A DNA stretch of 64,000 nucleotides, from positions 267,073 through 331,072 of the forward strand of contig CAVSDG010000008.1 in assembly GCA_963726685.1 (NCBI GenBank). The letters run 5' to 3'. The notes under the pieces were generated by a model. The model made no database searches. It saw only the letters and a program-made list of their open reading frames with translations, and was not told where the DNA came from. The translations under genes were made by a program, and so were the position numbers. The DNA comes from an uncultured Planctomycetota bacterium. GTDB taxonomy: Bacteria > Planctomycetota > Planctomycetia > Isosphaerales > Isosphaeraceae. Shown one piece after another: positions 52,473-62,633 of this stretch (position 1 is its first letter; each line of letters begins with the position of its first letter).

Positions 52473-54449
52473 TCAGGACGCGTGAGGTCGCTTGGTGTCG
52501 GGACGCGGTAGGTACTTCTGTTGCTCGATCCGGAGGGCCCGATACTCCTCGGGGCTCGTGATCGGGTCGATTGCTCGTAAGGCTGCCGTCAGGTCATCGA
52601 ATCGTTCCTTCCGCTCGCGATCGGCGAAGGCCTTCAGGGCCATTGCGAGCCGGAGCTCCGTCGGGGGCGGGGCCGAGGCCCGCATTGGGATAAGCGGCGC
52701 CTCCTCGATCGGCAGGAGCAGCCCCGAGACGAGGTCCCGCACCGCCGGGTCGCCGATCCGGGTCGCCACAAGGTCGGCCGTCGGCGTCCGCCCCTCCCCA
52801 TGGACGTCGTAGCAGGCCTGGAGGATCGCACTGAGCGGGGCGTCGCGGAGGGAGGCGGGCGCGACGCGGGTGATCAGGCGTGCCGCGACGGAAGGCTCAT
52901 TCAATAGAATTCTTATGAGCTCGAGGTCGACGGGGTCAAGGGCCGAAATCGCGATCGGGGCCGGTTTTTGCTCGGGTTGCGCCGCCTTGGCGGCCGGCGC
53001 CGGCCGCCGCGAAGCCTGGGCGTGCAGCTCGCCGAGCCGGCGGTTCAGCGTCGCGACCGGCACGCGGATCCGATGCGAGAGCGTGTCGATGGCCTTCGCC
53101 ACCTTCACGTCGAGCCCGGCACGCGACCGCGTCGGCACCTTCGCCAGCACGGCCAAGACCCGCTCCGACGCCTGTCGCGACCCCTCGGGCGAATCCAGGT
53201 CGAAGATCACCGCGGCCCGGTCGATGGCGAAGGTCAGCGGGTCGACCGCCCGCTCGACCAGGGCCCTGAACGGCCCGGCGCCGCCGGCCAGCAGGAAGTC
53301 GCAGGGGTCGAGGCCGTCGGGGAGCGTCAGCACGCGGACGTCGACCTCATGGCCGAGGAAGAGCTCGAGCGACCGGTCGGCCGCCTTCTGGCCCGCCTCG
53401 TCGCCGTCGAAGACGAGCACGACCCGGTCGGCCAGCCGGCGGAGCGCCTGGACGTGGTCGTCGGTCAGGGCCGTGCCGAGCGTCCCGACCACGTTCGCCA
53501 GCCCGACCTGATGGGCGGCGATGACGTCGGTGTACCCCTCGACGACACCCACCCAACCCGCGTTGCGTGCGGCCAGGCGGGCCAGGTCGACTCCGTAAAG
53601 GTTGCGGCTCTTCTTGAAGAGGACGGTCTCGGGCGAGTTCAGGTATTTAGCGACGCCACGCCCCTCGGCGGCCATCCTTTGTTCGAGCTCGGGCAGGATT
53701 CGCCCGCCGAAGCCGACCGTGCGGCCCCTCGCGTCATGGATCGGGAACAGGAGCCGGCCGCGGAACCGCTCGCGGGTAATCTGGGCATTCTCGGGCGACC
53801 TCGCCACCAGGCCGGCCAGCTCGAGCATCTCGACCGTGAAGCCCGCCCTGCGTGCCTTCGTCGAGAGCCAGTCCCGCGTGATCGGGGCGTAGCCGAGCCG
53901 GAACCTGGCCACCATCTCGGCGCTCAGGCCGCGACGCTCGACGTAGCCTCGCGCCTCGACCGACTGCCCCAGCGCCTCGGCGAAGACGCCCTCGGCCCAG
54001 GCGTTCACGGCGAACAGGTCGAGCTTCGACGGCCCGGAAGGCTCCGGGCCGGCGACGGCCTGCTCCAGCGTGATCCCCGCCCTCTCGGCCAGCATGCGCA
54101 CCGCCTCGGGAAACTCGACCTTGTCGTGCTCTTGAACAAAGGTGAAGACGTCGCCGCCCGCCCCGCAGCTCCAGCACTTGTAGGACTGGCGTTCGGGGTT
54201 GAGGATCAGCGACGGGTCGTGGTCGTCGTGGAAGGGACAGAGCGCCTTAAGTTGGCCCCCCATCCGGTGCGAGGCATGACCGTAGTCGGCGACGAGGGAG
54301 ACGATGTCCACCGCGTTCTTGATCGCGGCGACGGTGGCGTCGGAGTAGCGGGGCACCGGGGGCTCCTGGCCTTGAGGCGTCCCGGGTCCTTGGCTTTGCA
54401 CGGCCCGCCGGGGTAGGCAGGGAGCTCGCTCCGCTCCCGGGGGCCGCAT
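52473..54449 (-). CDS. dnaG: DNA primase
   Basis: Zinc ribbon [30 protein letters not shown] and a TOPRIM domain ([18 protein letters not shown]). An alternative GTG start lies at 54356. Confidence 0.9.
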   Translation of the reverse strand: MRPPGAERAPCLPRRAVQSQGPGTPQGQEPPVPRYSDATVAAIKNAVDIVSLVADYGHASHRMGGQLKALCPFHDDHDPSLILNPERQSYKCWSCGAGGDVFTFVQEHDKVEFPEAVRMLAERAGITLEQAVAGPEPSGPSKLDLFAVNAWAEGVFAEALGQSVEARGYVERRGLSAEMVARFRLGYAPITRDWLSTKARRAGFTVEMLELAGLVARSPENAQITRERFRGRLLFPIHDARGRTVGFGGRILPELEQRMAAEGRGVAKYLNSPETVLFKKSRNLYGVDLARLAARNAGWVGVVEGYTDVIAAHQVGLANVVGTLGTALTDDHVQALRRLADRVVLVFDGDEAGQKAADRSLELFLGHEVDVRVLTLPDGLDPCDFLLAGGAGPFRALVERAVDPLTFAIDRAAVIFDLDSPEGSRQASERVLAVLAKVPTRSRAGLDVKVAKAIDTLSHRIRVPVATLNRRLGELHAQASRRPAPAAKAAQPEQKPAPIAISALDPVDLELIRILLNEPSVAARLITRVAPASLRDAPLSAILQACYDVHGEGRTPTADLVATRIGDPAVRDLVSGLLLPIEEAPLIPMRASAPPPTELRLAMALKAFADRERKERFDDLTAALRAIDPITSPEEYRALRIEQQKYLPRPDTKRPHAS

Positions 54450-54485
54450 CGCCGTGCCCTTTTCGCGTGCGTTGTTTCCACCAAA

Positions 54486-54514
54486 AATATAACCTCAGGA
54501 CCATTTTTGGTCAA
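54486..54514 (-). promoter_or_regulatory. Near-consensus sigma-70 promoter for dnaG-rpoD (TTGACC-N17-TATATT)
   Basis: On the minus strand, -35 is at 54514-54509 and -10 at 54491-54486, with exact 17-nt spacing. The site is about 35 nt upstream of the ATG at 54449. Confidence 0.55.
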
Positions 54515-54832
54515 GTTTTTCGGGGCACTCCGGCAGGTCCGGATGAAATCTCTAAGGCGGCACGATTTTAGCGGTTAGGGTGAGCCGGCCGACAAAACCC
54601 GCCCCGTCAAGCCCCTCGGAACGATGCCGATGTCGGCAAGGTGCTTGACTTTGCCGCCGGTCGTGTTCTCACTCCGCGGAAGGAGCCCGCAAGCGAACCC
54701 GGCCCGCCGCGCCCCTCCGTGAAGGACCGGCGTAGCGTCCCGCAAACCAGGTGTCCAAGTCAACCCCCCGGACGGCCGACTTTCCGGGGATTCGCACCTA
54801 GGTAATTAAGACGGACGGACCGGCGCCCGCCC

Positions 54833-56303
54833 TCAGGGTCGTGACGGCCCCAGGATGGGGATCGTCACGAAGTCGATCCGTCCGTCAGGCGTGGCGACGC
54901 CGAGCGGCAGGCCCTGGAGCGCGTCGAGGCCGGCGAGGGCCGCGTCGAACTCGTCGCGGTTGCGGATCGGCCGCCGGCCGACGGCGAGCACCTTCATGCC
55001 CTCGCGGAGGCCCGCCGCCTGGGCGGCGCTGCCTTGAGTAACCTGTGCGACGCGGACTCCCGGCCCGGAACCGGCCGGGAGGTCGACCACGTCGAAGCCG
55101 AGGTTCCGCGGGTTCACCGCCACGTGCTCGGGCATGGGCTCGATGGTCACGTCGACCGACTGCTTCTTCCCGCCCCGGAAGAACTCGACCGGCACTTTCG
55201 ACCCGATGGGCAGCGTGAAGGCCCGGGTCCGGAGCTTGCTCGGGTCCTCGACGTCCTTGTTGTCGAGCCGGACGACGACGTCGCCACGCCGCAGGCCGGC
55301 CCTCGCCGCCGGGCTGTCGGCGCGACACTTCGTGGACGAGGGCGCCGCCCTGTTCCTCGGGCAGTCCCAGGTCGCGGGCCAGCGCCGGGCTCACGGGGCC
55401 GGGGACGATCCCCAGATACGAGCGGACGACCTTGCCGTTCTTGATGATCTGGGCGACGACCGGCCGGGCGATGTCGGACGAGATCGCCATGCCGATCCCC
55501 GTCGCCCCGAGCCCCGCGTCCGCTTCCCGCTCGTGTGGGGGCCGGATGATCGCCGTGTTGATCCCGATGACCTGGCCCTTCAGGTTGATCAGCGGGCCGC
55601 CGGAGTTGCCTGGGTTGATTGCGGCGTCGGTCTGGATGAAGTCCTCGTAGCGGTCGCCCCGCATCAGGCCGTGGCGGTTGGTCGCCGAGACGATGCCGAC
55701 GGTGACCGTCCGCTCGAGGCCGAACGGGCTGCCGACGGCGATCACCCAATCGCCGACCTCCATCTTCTCGGAGTCGCCCCACTCCGCCGCGACGCCGACA
55801 GGCCCCTTGACCTGGATGACGGCCAGGTCCGTCCGCGCATCGACGCCGATCAGGGTCCCCTCGACATCGTTGGCGCGGCCGATCCGCACGACGATCTGCT
55901 CGGCGCCGTGCACGACGTGCTCGTTCGTGACGATGTAGCCATTGTCCTTGTCGATGATGACGCCCGAGCCCATCTCCTCGCCGAACCCGCCGGCCTGTGG
56001 GACGAGCGACTTGATGTTGACGACGGCCGGCGTGATCGCCCGGGTCGCCATGCGAAACAGGTAGGACGACCGGCCGATCACGTCATCCTTGTCGAGCTTC
56101 GCCAGCGCCTCGGACGCGGCGCGAGAGCGGCCGGACTCCCAGGCGTAGCCGGCGCGATCGAGCATGTAGGGGATGCCGTACGCCAGCGCCGTGATGACCA
56201 GCAAGATCCCGAGCACGCGGAGGAATCCGCGGCGGATCGGCGGTGTGGTCGGCCTCGGGGGCGGCCGGGTCGGGTCGAACGATTCGGGATCGAAGGACAC
56301 CAT
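54833..56303 (-). CDS. htrA: HtrA/DegP-family serine protease with two PDZ domains, frame broken near 55325
   Basis: Catalytic TNEHVV, DLAVIQ and GNSGGPL. The PDZ part (ADSPAARAGLRRGDVVVRLD...) continues in the frame of ORF 54833..55195. Confidence 0.9.
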
Positions 56304-56520
56304 CGGACCCGGCTCCGGTTGCGGTTCAGGGGCTGGACCTTGGGCGGGATGGCCTTGCCAGGGACAAGGAAAGGCTATGCCGAGCCCGGGGTGAAATCAA
56401 CGGAGCCCGGGCCCGCACTGGACGGCCCCTCCCCGGACGGGCGAGAATGAGAAGCGCGGGCGGTAATCATCTCGGTGCTCGAGACCATCTTAGCCCGCCA
56501 GGCGGGGCGCCGGATCGACC

Positions 56521-58395
56521 ATGTGCGGAATCGCCGGATTCGTCAACGGCGGGGGACGGGCCGCCGACGCCTCGATCGTCGACCGGATGACGGCCACGAT
56601 CGTCCATCGCGGCCCCGACGGCTCGGGGGCTCACCTCGACGGCCCCGCGGCCCTCGGCCATCGCCGGCTCTCGATCATCGACGTGGACGGCGGCGCCCAG
56701 CCGATGTCCAACGAGGATGGCACGGTCTGGGTAACCTTCAACGGCGAGATCTACAACGACCCGGCCCTCCGCCGTCGCCTCCTCGCCGCGGGTCACCGGT
56801 TCCGCAATCATTCCGACACCGAGGGCCTCGTCCACCTTTATGAGGACGAGGGGGATGACTTCGCTCGCCACCTCAACGGCATGTTTGCCCTGGCGATCTG
56901 GGACAGCCGCCGGCGCCGGCTGGTCCTCACGCGGGACAGGATGGGCCAGAAGCCGCTCTTCTACGCCAGATTGTCCGACGGAGGGCTTGTCTTCGGCTCC
57001 GAGGCGAAGGCCGTGCTGGCCCATCCCGAGGTCGGCCGACGGCTCGATCGTTCGGGGCTCGCCCGCTACCTGTTTTATGAGTATATCCCGGCTCCCCATT
57101 CGATCTGGCAGGGCGTCCAAAAGCTTCCGCCGGGCCACACTCTGACCTGGCAGGACGGGACGATTGAGGTCAAGCCGTACTGGACGACCCCGACTCCCGC
57201 GGTTTCGGACGAGCCATTCGAGGAGGTATCCTCCCGTTTCTGGCGCGAGTTCGTCGAGGCCGTGGGCCGGCATCGGCGGTCGGACGTGCCGCTGGGCCTG
57301 TTCCTCTCGGGCGGGGTCGATTCGTCCAGCGTCGCCGCGGCATTGACCGAGTGGGAGCCGGCGCGGTCGATCCGGACGTATTCGATCGGCTTTGACGACC
57401 CGACGTTCGACGAGAGCGCCCATGCTCGTCTGGTGGCGCGGCACCTGGGCACCGACCACCACGAGCGGACGTTCTCGGCCGACGACGTCCTCCGCCTGCT
57501 CCCCGAGGCCGGCGGCTGGCTCGACGAGCCGTTCGGCGACGCCTCGATCCTGCCGACCCACCTCCTGAGCCGGTTCGCCCGCGAGGAGGTCACCGTCGCC
57601 CTCGGTGGCGACGGCGCCGACGAGCTGCTCGCCGGCTACCCGACATTCCACGCTGAGCGGGCCTCGCGGCTCTATCGTCGCCTGCCGCGCCGTGCCCGAT
57701 CGCTGGCCGAGGCGGCGGTGGGACGGCTTCCCGTCAATCACGGCAACATGAGCTTCGACTTCAAGCTCAAGCAGTTCCTTCGCGGCGCCGGCGAGCCGAC
57801 GTCTCTTGCTCATCAACGCTGGCTCGGCTCGTTCTCGGGCCGCGAAATCCGGGCGTTACTCGTCGACTCCGGTGATTTCTCGGTGGAGCGCGAGCATGTC
57901 GACCGTGCCACCGGACTCTGCGACGGCCTCGACCCGCTGACCCGCTCGCTGCGGCTCTACCAGGACACGTACCTCCCCGACGACATCCTCGCCAAGGTCG
58001 ACCGCGCGAGCATGGCGTGCAGCCTGGAGGTCCGCGCCCCGTTCCTGGATGCGGAGTTGGTGGATTCGATCCAGGCGATGCCCGCCTCGTTCAAATACGG
58101 CCGCGGGCAGACGAAGCGCCTGCTCAAGCACGCCGCACGCGCTCGGCTGCCCGAGTCGATCCTCGACCGCCCCAAGAAGGGCTTCGGCATCCCTGTCGCT
58201 CGCTGGCTTCGCGGGCCGCTGGCGCCGCTTCTGGATTCACTCCTGGGGGCGGATCGCCTGAAGGCTCAGGGGCTTTTCAATCCGGCCGAGGTTGGTCGGA
58301 GGATTCGAGAGCATCGCGAGGGCGTGAGGGACCATCGGAAGCCGCTTTGGACATTATTGATGTTTCAATTCTGGTACGAGACGTGGCTGAACTAG
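56521..58395 (+). CDS. asnB: Asparagine synthase (glutamine-hydrolysing)
   Basis: MCGIAGF N-terminal nucleophile, LSGGVDSS PP-loop. 624 aa, intact. Confidence 0.9.
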   Translation: MCGIAGFVNGGGRAADASIVDRMTATIVHRGPDGSGAHLDGPAALGHRRLSIIDVDGGAQPMSNEDGTVWVTFNGEIYNDPALRRRLLAAGHRFRNHSDTEGLVHLYEDEGDDFARHLNGMFALAIWDSRRRRLVLTRDRMGQKPLFYARLSDGGLVFGSEAKAVLAHPEVGRRLDRSGLARYLFYEYIPAPHSIWQGVQKLPPGHTLTWQDGTIEVKPYWTTPTPAVSDEPFEEVSSRFWREFVEAVGRHRRSDVPLGLFLSGGVDSSSVAAALTEWEPARSIRTYSIGFDDPTFDESAHARLVARHLGTDHHERTFSADDVLRLLPEAGGWLDEPFGDASILPTHLLSRFAREEVTVALGGDGADELLAGYPTFHAERASRLYRRLPRRARSLAEAAVGRLPVNHGNMSFDFKLKQFLRGAGEPTSLAHQRWLGSFSGREIRALLVDSGDFSVEREHVDRATGLCDGLDPLTRSLRLYQDTYLPDDILAKVDRASMACSLEVRAPFLDAELVDSIQAMPASFKYGRGQTKRLLKHAARARLPESILDRPKKGFGIPVARWLRGPLAPLLDSLLGADRLKAQGLFNPAEVGRRIREHREGVRDHRKPLWTLLMFQFWYETWLN

Positions 58396-58486
58396 GGCCG
58401 GCCTGCCAGGGTGGCACCGAGACGTGGACTCGGGTAACGTCCCGTCCGGGCCGCACCCGCGACGGCGCGCCCGTCGAGGGTCACGG

Positions 58487-59209
58487 ATGAGAATCCTCAT
58501 CGTCTCCGACATCCACGCCAACTGGCCGGCCCTGGCGGCGATCAAGGAGCCGTACGACCTTTGCCTCTGCCTCGGCGACCTCGTCGATTACGGGCCCGAC
58601 CCCGCGCTCTGCGTGCGCTGGGCGATGACGCACGCGAAGTACGCGATTCGCGGCAACCACGACCACGGCGTGGCGCAGGGCGTGCCGGTCGTGGGCGAGA
58701 CGGGGTACAAGTACCTGACCCGGGTCAGCCGGCCGCTGATGTGGGAGGCGCTCGGGCCCGAGGAGCGGCGGTATCTGCTCCGGCTCCCCGTCACGTGCCG
58801 GTTCACACTCGAGGGGAAGAAGTTTCTCCTGGTCCACGGCACCCCGCGCGACCCGCTGGACGAATACCTCATGAAGGACCCCGAGACCTGGGCCAAGCGG
58901 CTCCAGAACGTCGACGCCGACCTCGTCTGCGTGGGCCATTCTCACATGCAATTCAACCTGCGCGTGGGCGATACGATCGTGGTCAACCCGGGCAGCGTCG
59001 GGCAGCCGCGCGACGGCGACCCGCGCGCGGCGTATGCGATCATCGACGACAACAAGGTCGAGCTGAAGCGCATCGATTACCCGGTCGAGGAGACGATCGC
59101 GCGGATCGAGCAATTGCGGCTCCCGGACCGGGCCAAGGAGATGTTCCGGACGGCCTACGCCGGCGGAAGGCTCCCGCACCACGACCGCACGACTGAGATC
59201 GCGGGATGA
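58487..59209 (+). CDS. Metallophosphoesterase (YfcE-like)
   Basis: MRILIVSDIHAN, GDLVDYGP, GNHD, GHSH. Confidence 0.85.
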   Translation: MRILIVSDIHANWPALAAIKEPYDLCLCLGDLVDYGPDPALCVRWAMTHAKYAIRGNHDHGVAQGVPVVGETGYKYLTRVSRPLMWEALGPEERRYLLRLPVTCRFTLEGKKFLLVHGTPRDPLDEYLMKDPETWAKRLQNVDADLVCVGHSHMQFNLRVGDTIVVNPGSVGQPRDGDPRAAYAIIDDNKVELKRIDYPVEETIARIEQLRLPDRAKEMFRTAYAGGRLPHHDRTTEIAG

Positions 59210-60435
59210 CGGGAAAGGAGAAGATCCGCCCGGTCGAGCTGGCGCTGGCGATGAGCCTCTACGCCCTGCAGGGCGTCGTGGTCGCGTACCTCGTCAACTA
59301 CAACAAGACGTACATGATCCGCGGCGGCGTCGAGGAGCGGACGGCCGGGCTGGTCGAGACCGCGGTCCTGATGACGCTGGTATTCAAGTTCGTCCTCGGG
59401 CCGATCTCGGACCGGTTCAATCCCCTGGGCCTCGGGCATCGGCGGCCGTTCATCATGCTCGGGCTGGTGATGCAGTCGCTGGGCCTGTTCGGGCTGACGG
59501 TCGTGCATCCCGGCGAGCATCTCGCGGGATATGCCGCGATGGCGTTTCTGGCCGTCGGCGGATTGGCGCTCTACGACACGTGCTGCGACGGCCTGGTGGT
59601 CGACGTGACGCCGCCCGAGGACCGGGTCCGCGTCCAGGGGCTCGTTCAGGTGGCCCGATTCCTCGCGACGATGGGCTTCACGCTCCTGTTCGGACTCTGG
59701 ATGAAGGGCGACCGAATTGGGCCGGGGCGGAGCGACGGCGTGCTCTGGGCCTGCGCGGCGATGGGAATGCCGCCGCTGTTGCTCGCGACCTTCGTCCGCG
59801 AGCGAAAGCTCCACGAGCACGCCGAATCGTTCGAGTGGTCGGCGCTGCGGTGCCTGGCGCGGCCCGAGGCGCTCGTGTTGCTGGCGTACGGCGCCCTTTA
59901 TGGAATCATCGGCCTGGGGGTCGAATTCAACCTGAGCCGATACTACAACTGGCTCGGATACGACCAGGACGGCGTGGGTCTGTTCGGTGCCCTGCGGTAT
60001 GGCGGCCGGGCGGCCGGGGCGCTGCTCCTGCCGGCCATGAAGCGTCGTCTCGGGCGGCGTGGAGAGCTGAGGGTCGGCCTCATCGCGCTGGCCGCGACGA
60101 CGGCCGGGCAGGCCCTGGCCGGTGGGCCGGCCGCGACCGGGGCCTGGGCGTTCCTCTTCGGCATGGCCAATGGCTGGAACGACGCCCTGTTCTGCGTGCT
60201 GGCCATGGACGCCGCCGACCCGAGGATGGCCGCGTCGACGTTCGCGATCTTCATGGCGGCCTCGAACCTGAGCGTCGCCGGCGATGCGCTCTTCCTGGAG
60301 GCCGTGATCGGACTAGACCTGGGCTATCGGCGGGCCTTTCTGATGTGTGCGGTACTCGGAAACGGCCTCCTGGTGCTCGTGCCCGCCCTGGCGAGAATCC
60401 GACCGAAGGGGTCTGGCATCGATGTCGAGTATTGA
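59206..60435 (+). CDS. MFS transporter (BT1/AmpG/LplT-like)
   Basis: 12-TM profile with LGPISDRFNPLGLGHRRPFIMLG between TM2 and TM3. The substrate is not assignable. Confidence 0.75.
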   Translation: MTGKEKIRPVELALAMSLYALQGVVVAYLVNYNKTYMIRGGVEERTAGLVETAVLMTLVFKFVLGPISDRFNPLGLGHRRPFIMLGLVMQSLGLFGLTVVHPGEHLAGYAAMAFLAVGGLALYDTCCDGLVVDVTPPEDRVRVQGLVQVARFLATMGFTLLFGLWMKGDRIGPGRSDGVLWACAAMGMPPLLLATFVRERKLHEHAESFEWSALRCLARPEALVLLAYGALYGIIGLGVEFNLSRYYNWLGYDQDGVGLFGALRYGGRAAGALLLPAMKRRLGRRGELRVGLIALAATTAGQALAGGPAATGAWAFLFGMANGWNDALFCVLAMDAADPRMAASTFAIFMAASNLSVAGDALFLEAVIGLDLGYRRAFLMCAVLGNGLLVLVPALARIRPKGSGIDVEY

Positions 60436-61414
60436 AGTCGTCGGGATCGTCCTCGTCGCGATCGCGGCCGCGGTCGCGTGTTTCGTTGCGCTGCTGCCCT
60501 GGCTGATCCAGCCCATCGTCCGGCTCGTGCTGGCGCTGCGATATGGAATCCGCGTTCGCGGCCGCCAGAACATCCCGCGGAAGGGGCCGGCGGTTGTGGT
60601 GTCGAACCATGTGACCTGGATCGATGGCCTCTTTCTCTGCGCAGCGCACCTCGGCGGGGACGGATCCTAGCGAATGCGGGTTTCTTCAAGAATCCCGTAC
60701 TCAGCTTCGTCGCCCGGCGGATCGGGATCATCCCCGTGCCGTTCTCCGGCCCGAAGGCGCAGCGGGCGGCGATCACGGCGGCAGCGCGAGGCCCTCAGAC
60801 GGGGCGAGGTCGTCGCGATCATGCCCGAGGGTCAGCTCACGCGCACAGGCTTCCTCGGCCCATTCTACCGGGGCCTGGAGGTGATCCTGAAAGGCTTCGA
60901 CGACGTCCCGGTGGTCCCGGCCGCGCTCGACAACCTGTGGGGGAGCATCTGGAGCTTTCAGGGTGGGACGACGGTGCGGAAGAAGCCCGTCGGCCTCCGG
61001 CGGAGCGTGTCCGTGGCGTTCGGTCCGCCGCTCACCGGCCCGCCGAGCCTCTTTCAGATCCGGCTGGCGATTCTCGAGGCCAACGTCGAGGCGCGTGAGT
61101 TCCGCGGGAAGGGACCGCTCCCCCTCGAGACGATCGACCTATCGCTACCTCACCTCGACCATCCCGACATCGGCCTTCTGGCCGCGTCGGCGCCCGACTA
61201 CAACCAGGCCGGCGTGACCCAGGTCGGCAAAAAGCCGGGGAGCGTCGGCCTGCCGCCCCCGGGGGTTGCGCTCCGCGTCGTGGACGAGGCGAGCCTGGCA
61301 TTACCGGAGGAGGCCTGCGGCCGTCTCCAGGCGCGGGTCGCGGGCCGACCCGGCTGGGTCTCGACGGACGTGCGAGGGCGGCTCGATCGCGACGGCTTCC
61401 TCACGCTCGCCTGA
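60422..61414 (+). CDS. PlsC-type acyltransferase with a short acyl-activating-enzyme-like tail, frame broken near 60655 and 60785
   Basis: NHVTWID (H-x4-D), FVARRIGIIPV and VAIMPEGQLTRTG are acyltransferase blocks spread over three frames. The C-terminal tail reads GSVGLPPPGVALRVVDE. The start overlaps the MFS stop by 14 nt. Confidence 0.7.
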
Positions 61415-61428
61415 GGACCCCTTCGAAC

Positions 61429-61462
61429 GCGAAACGGCCAGCCCGAGGGCCGGCCGTTCGCG
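61429..61462. terminator. Bidirectional hairpin between convergent genes
   Basis: GCGAAACGGCC ... GGCCGTTCGCG (one bulge) lies between the stops at 61414 (+) and 61485 (-). Confidence 0.35.
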
Positions 61463-61484
61463 AATCCGTCCGTCGAGCGAAGCT

Positions 61485-61829
61485 TTACTTGGTCTGGCCC
61501 GTCGCGTAGGTCTGGCCCGAGGGGTAAGCCTGGGGCGCGGCGTAGACCGGGGCCGGGGCCTCGTAGACGACCGGGGTCTCGCAGACCGGGGCCGGCTCGC
61601 AGGCGGCCTTCTTGTGGCAGCCGAGCTTGAACTTCGGCATCTTGAAGCCGCTGAAGCAGTGCTTCTTGGCCGGGGCGCACTCGACCGGGGCCGGCTCGCA
61701 GACCGGGGCGGGGGCGCACGCCACCGGCTCGGCGCACTTGGCCTTCTTGTGGCAGCAGGCCGAGGCGTCGGCCGTCACGAACAGGCCGCACGCGGCGGCG
61801 AAGGCCAGGGTCAGCAGGGAACGGCGCAT
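61485..61829 (-). CDS. Secreted Cys/Pro-rich repeat protein
   Basis: Signal peptide MRRSLLTLAFAAACGLFVTADA, followed by two CHKKA-x-C-EP-x-PAPVCE repeats. Confidence 0.55.
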   Translation of the reverse strand: MRRSLLTLAFAAACGLFVTADASACCHKKAKCAEPVACAPAPVCEPAPVECAPAKKHCFSGFKMPKFKLGCHKKAACEPAPVCETPVVYEAPAPVYAAPQAYPSGQTYATGQTK

Positions 61830-62211
61830 CGGGGTCTCTCTCCTCTTGGGTGTTCGTCGTGAAAATCAACCGACAGGCGCGACTTTTCCGATTGACGAGA
61901 TTCGGTAAAATTCACGCCTCGCCAGCGGATAGGATAGATGTAATGGCCCGGTTTTCAAGTCATCTCTCCCGATTGTTCGCGTCGGAAGGGAGCGATCGTC
62001 GCTAAAATCCCTCTGATCCGCAAGGTTTATCTCGAAATTGCAATCAGCAAAATCGCTTCCGGGGCCATATTCGGAGCTCATGAGTTCGGGGAGCGTATGC
62101 CGCAAGGGCGGCTTCCATCGATCGATCGAGCCCTGAACGACGCCGGGCGGTCGGTGGCGATACAATCCCGAGGCGATGACGACACGCGGACCATGCGATG
62201 GGACCGGTGCG

Positions 62212-62625
62212 ATGTACCACGCGGAAACGTTCACGGTGGCCACGGCTGGCCGTCGGACCTACGAGATCACCCGGCGCATCCAGGAGATCGTGGCCGGCTC
62301 GGGGATCGAGCGTGGACTCTGCTCCGTGTTCGTCCACCACACGAGCGCCTCGCTGATCGTCTGCGAGAATGCCGATCCGGACGTCCGTCGCGACCTGGAG
62401 ACATTCTTCTCGCGGCTCGTGGTCGACGGCGACCGCGCGTTCATCCACACGGCCGAGGGGCCGGACGACATGTCGGCCCACATCCGCTCGATCCTAACGG
62501 CCGCGTCGGTCTCGATCCCCGTCGAGCGGGGCCGATGCGACCTGGGGACGTGGCAAGGCGTCTTCCTCTGGGAGCACCGGACGCACCCGCACCAGAGGAA
62601 GATCACCGTCAGCGTCGTCGGCTGA
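62212..62625 (+). CDS. yjbQ: YjbQ/UPF0047-family (secondary thiamine-phosphate synthase) protein
   Basis: GLCSVFVHHTSASLIVCENADPDV...GPDDMSAHIRS...LGTWQGVFLWEHR. I prefer the ATG at 62212. Confidence 0.85.
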   Translation: MYHAETFTVATAGRRTYEITRRIQEIVAGSGIERGLCSVFVHHTSASLIVCENADPDVRRDLETFFSRLVVDGDRAFIHTAEGPDDMSAHIRSILTAASVSIPVERGRCDLGTWQGVFLWEHRTHPHQRKITVSVVG

Positions 62626-62633
62626 TCGGCCGG

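Noticed and set aside
54575-54832. SRP RNA or another sRNA between dnaG and htrA
   Set aside because: CGCGGAAGGAGCC loosely recalls the SRP helix-8 GGAA loop region, but the flanking conserved CAGGUC / AGCAGCC elements are absent on either strand.
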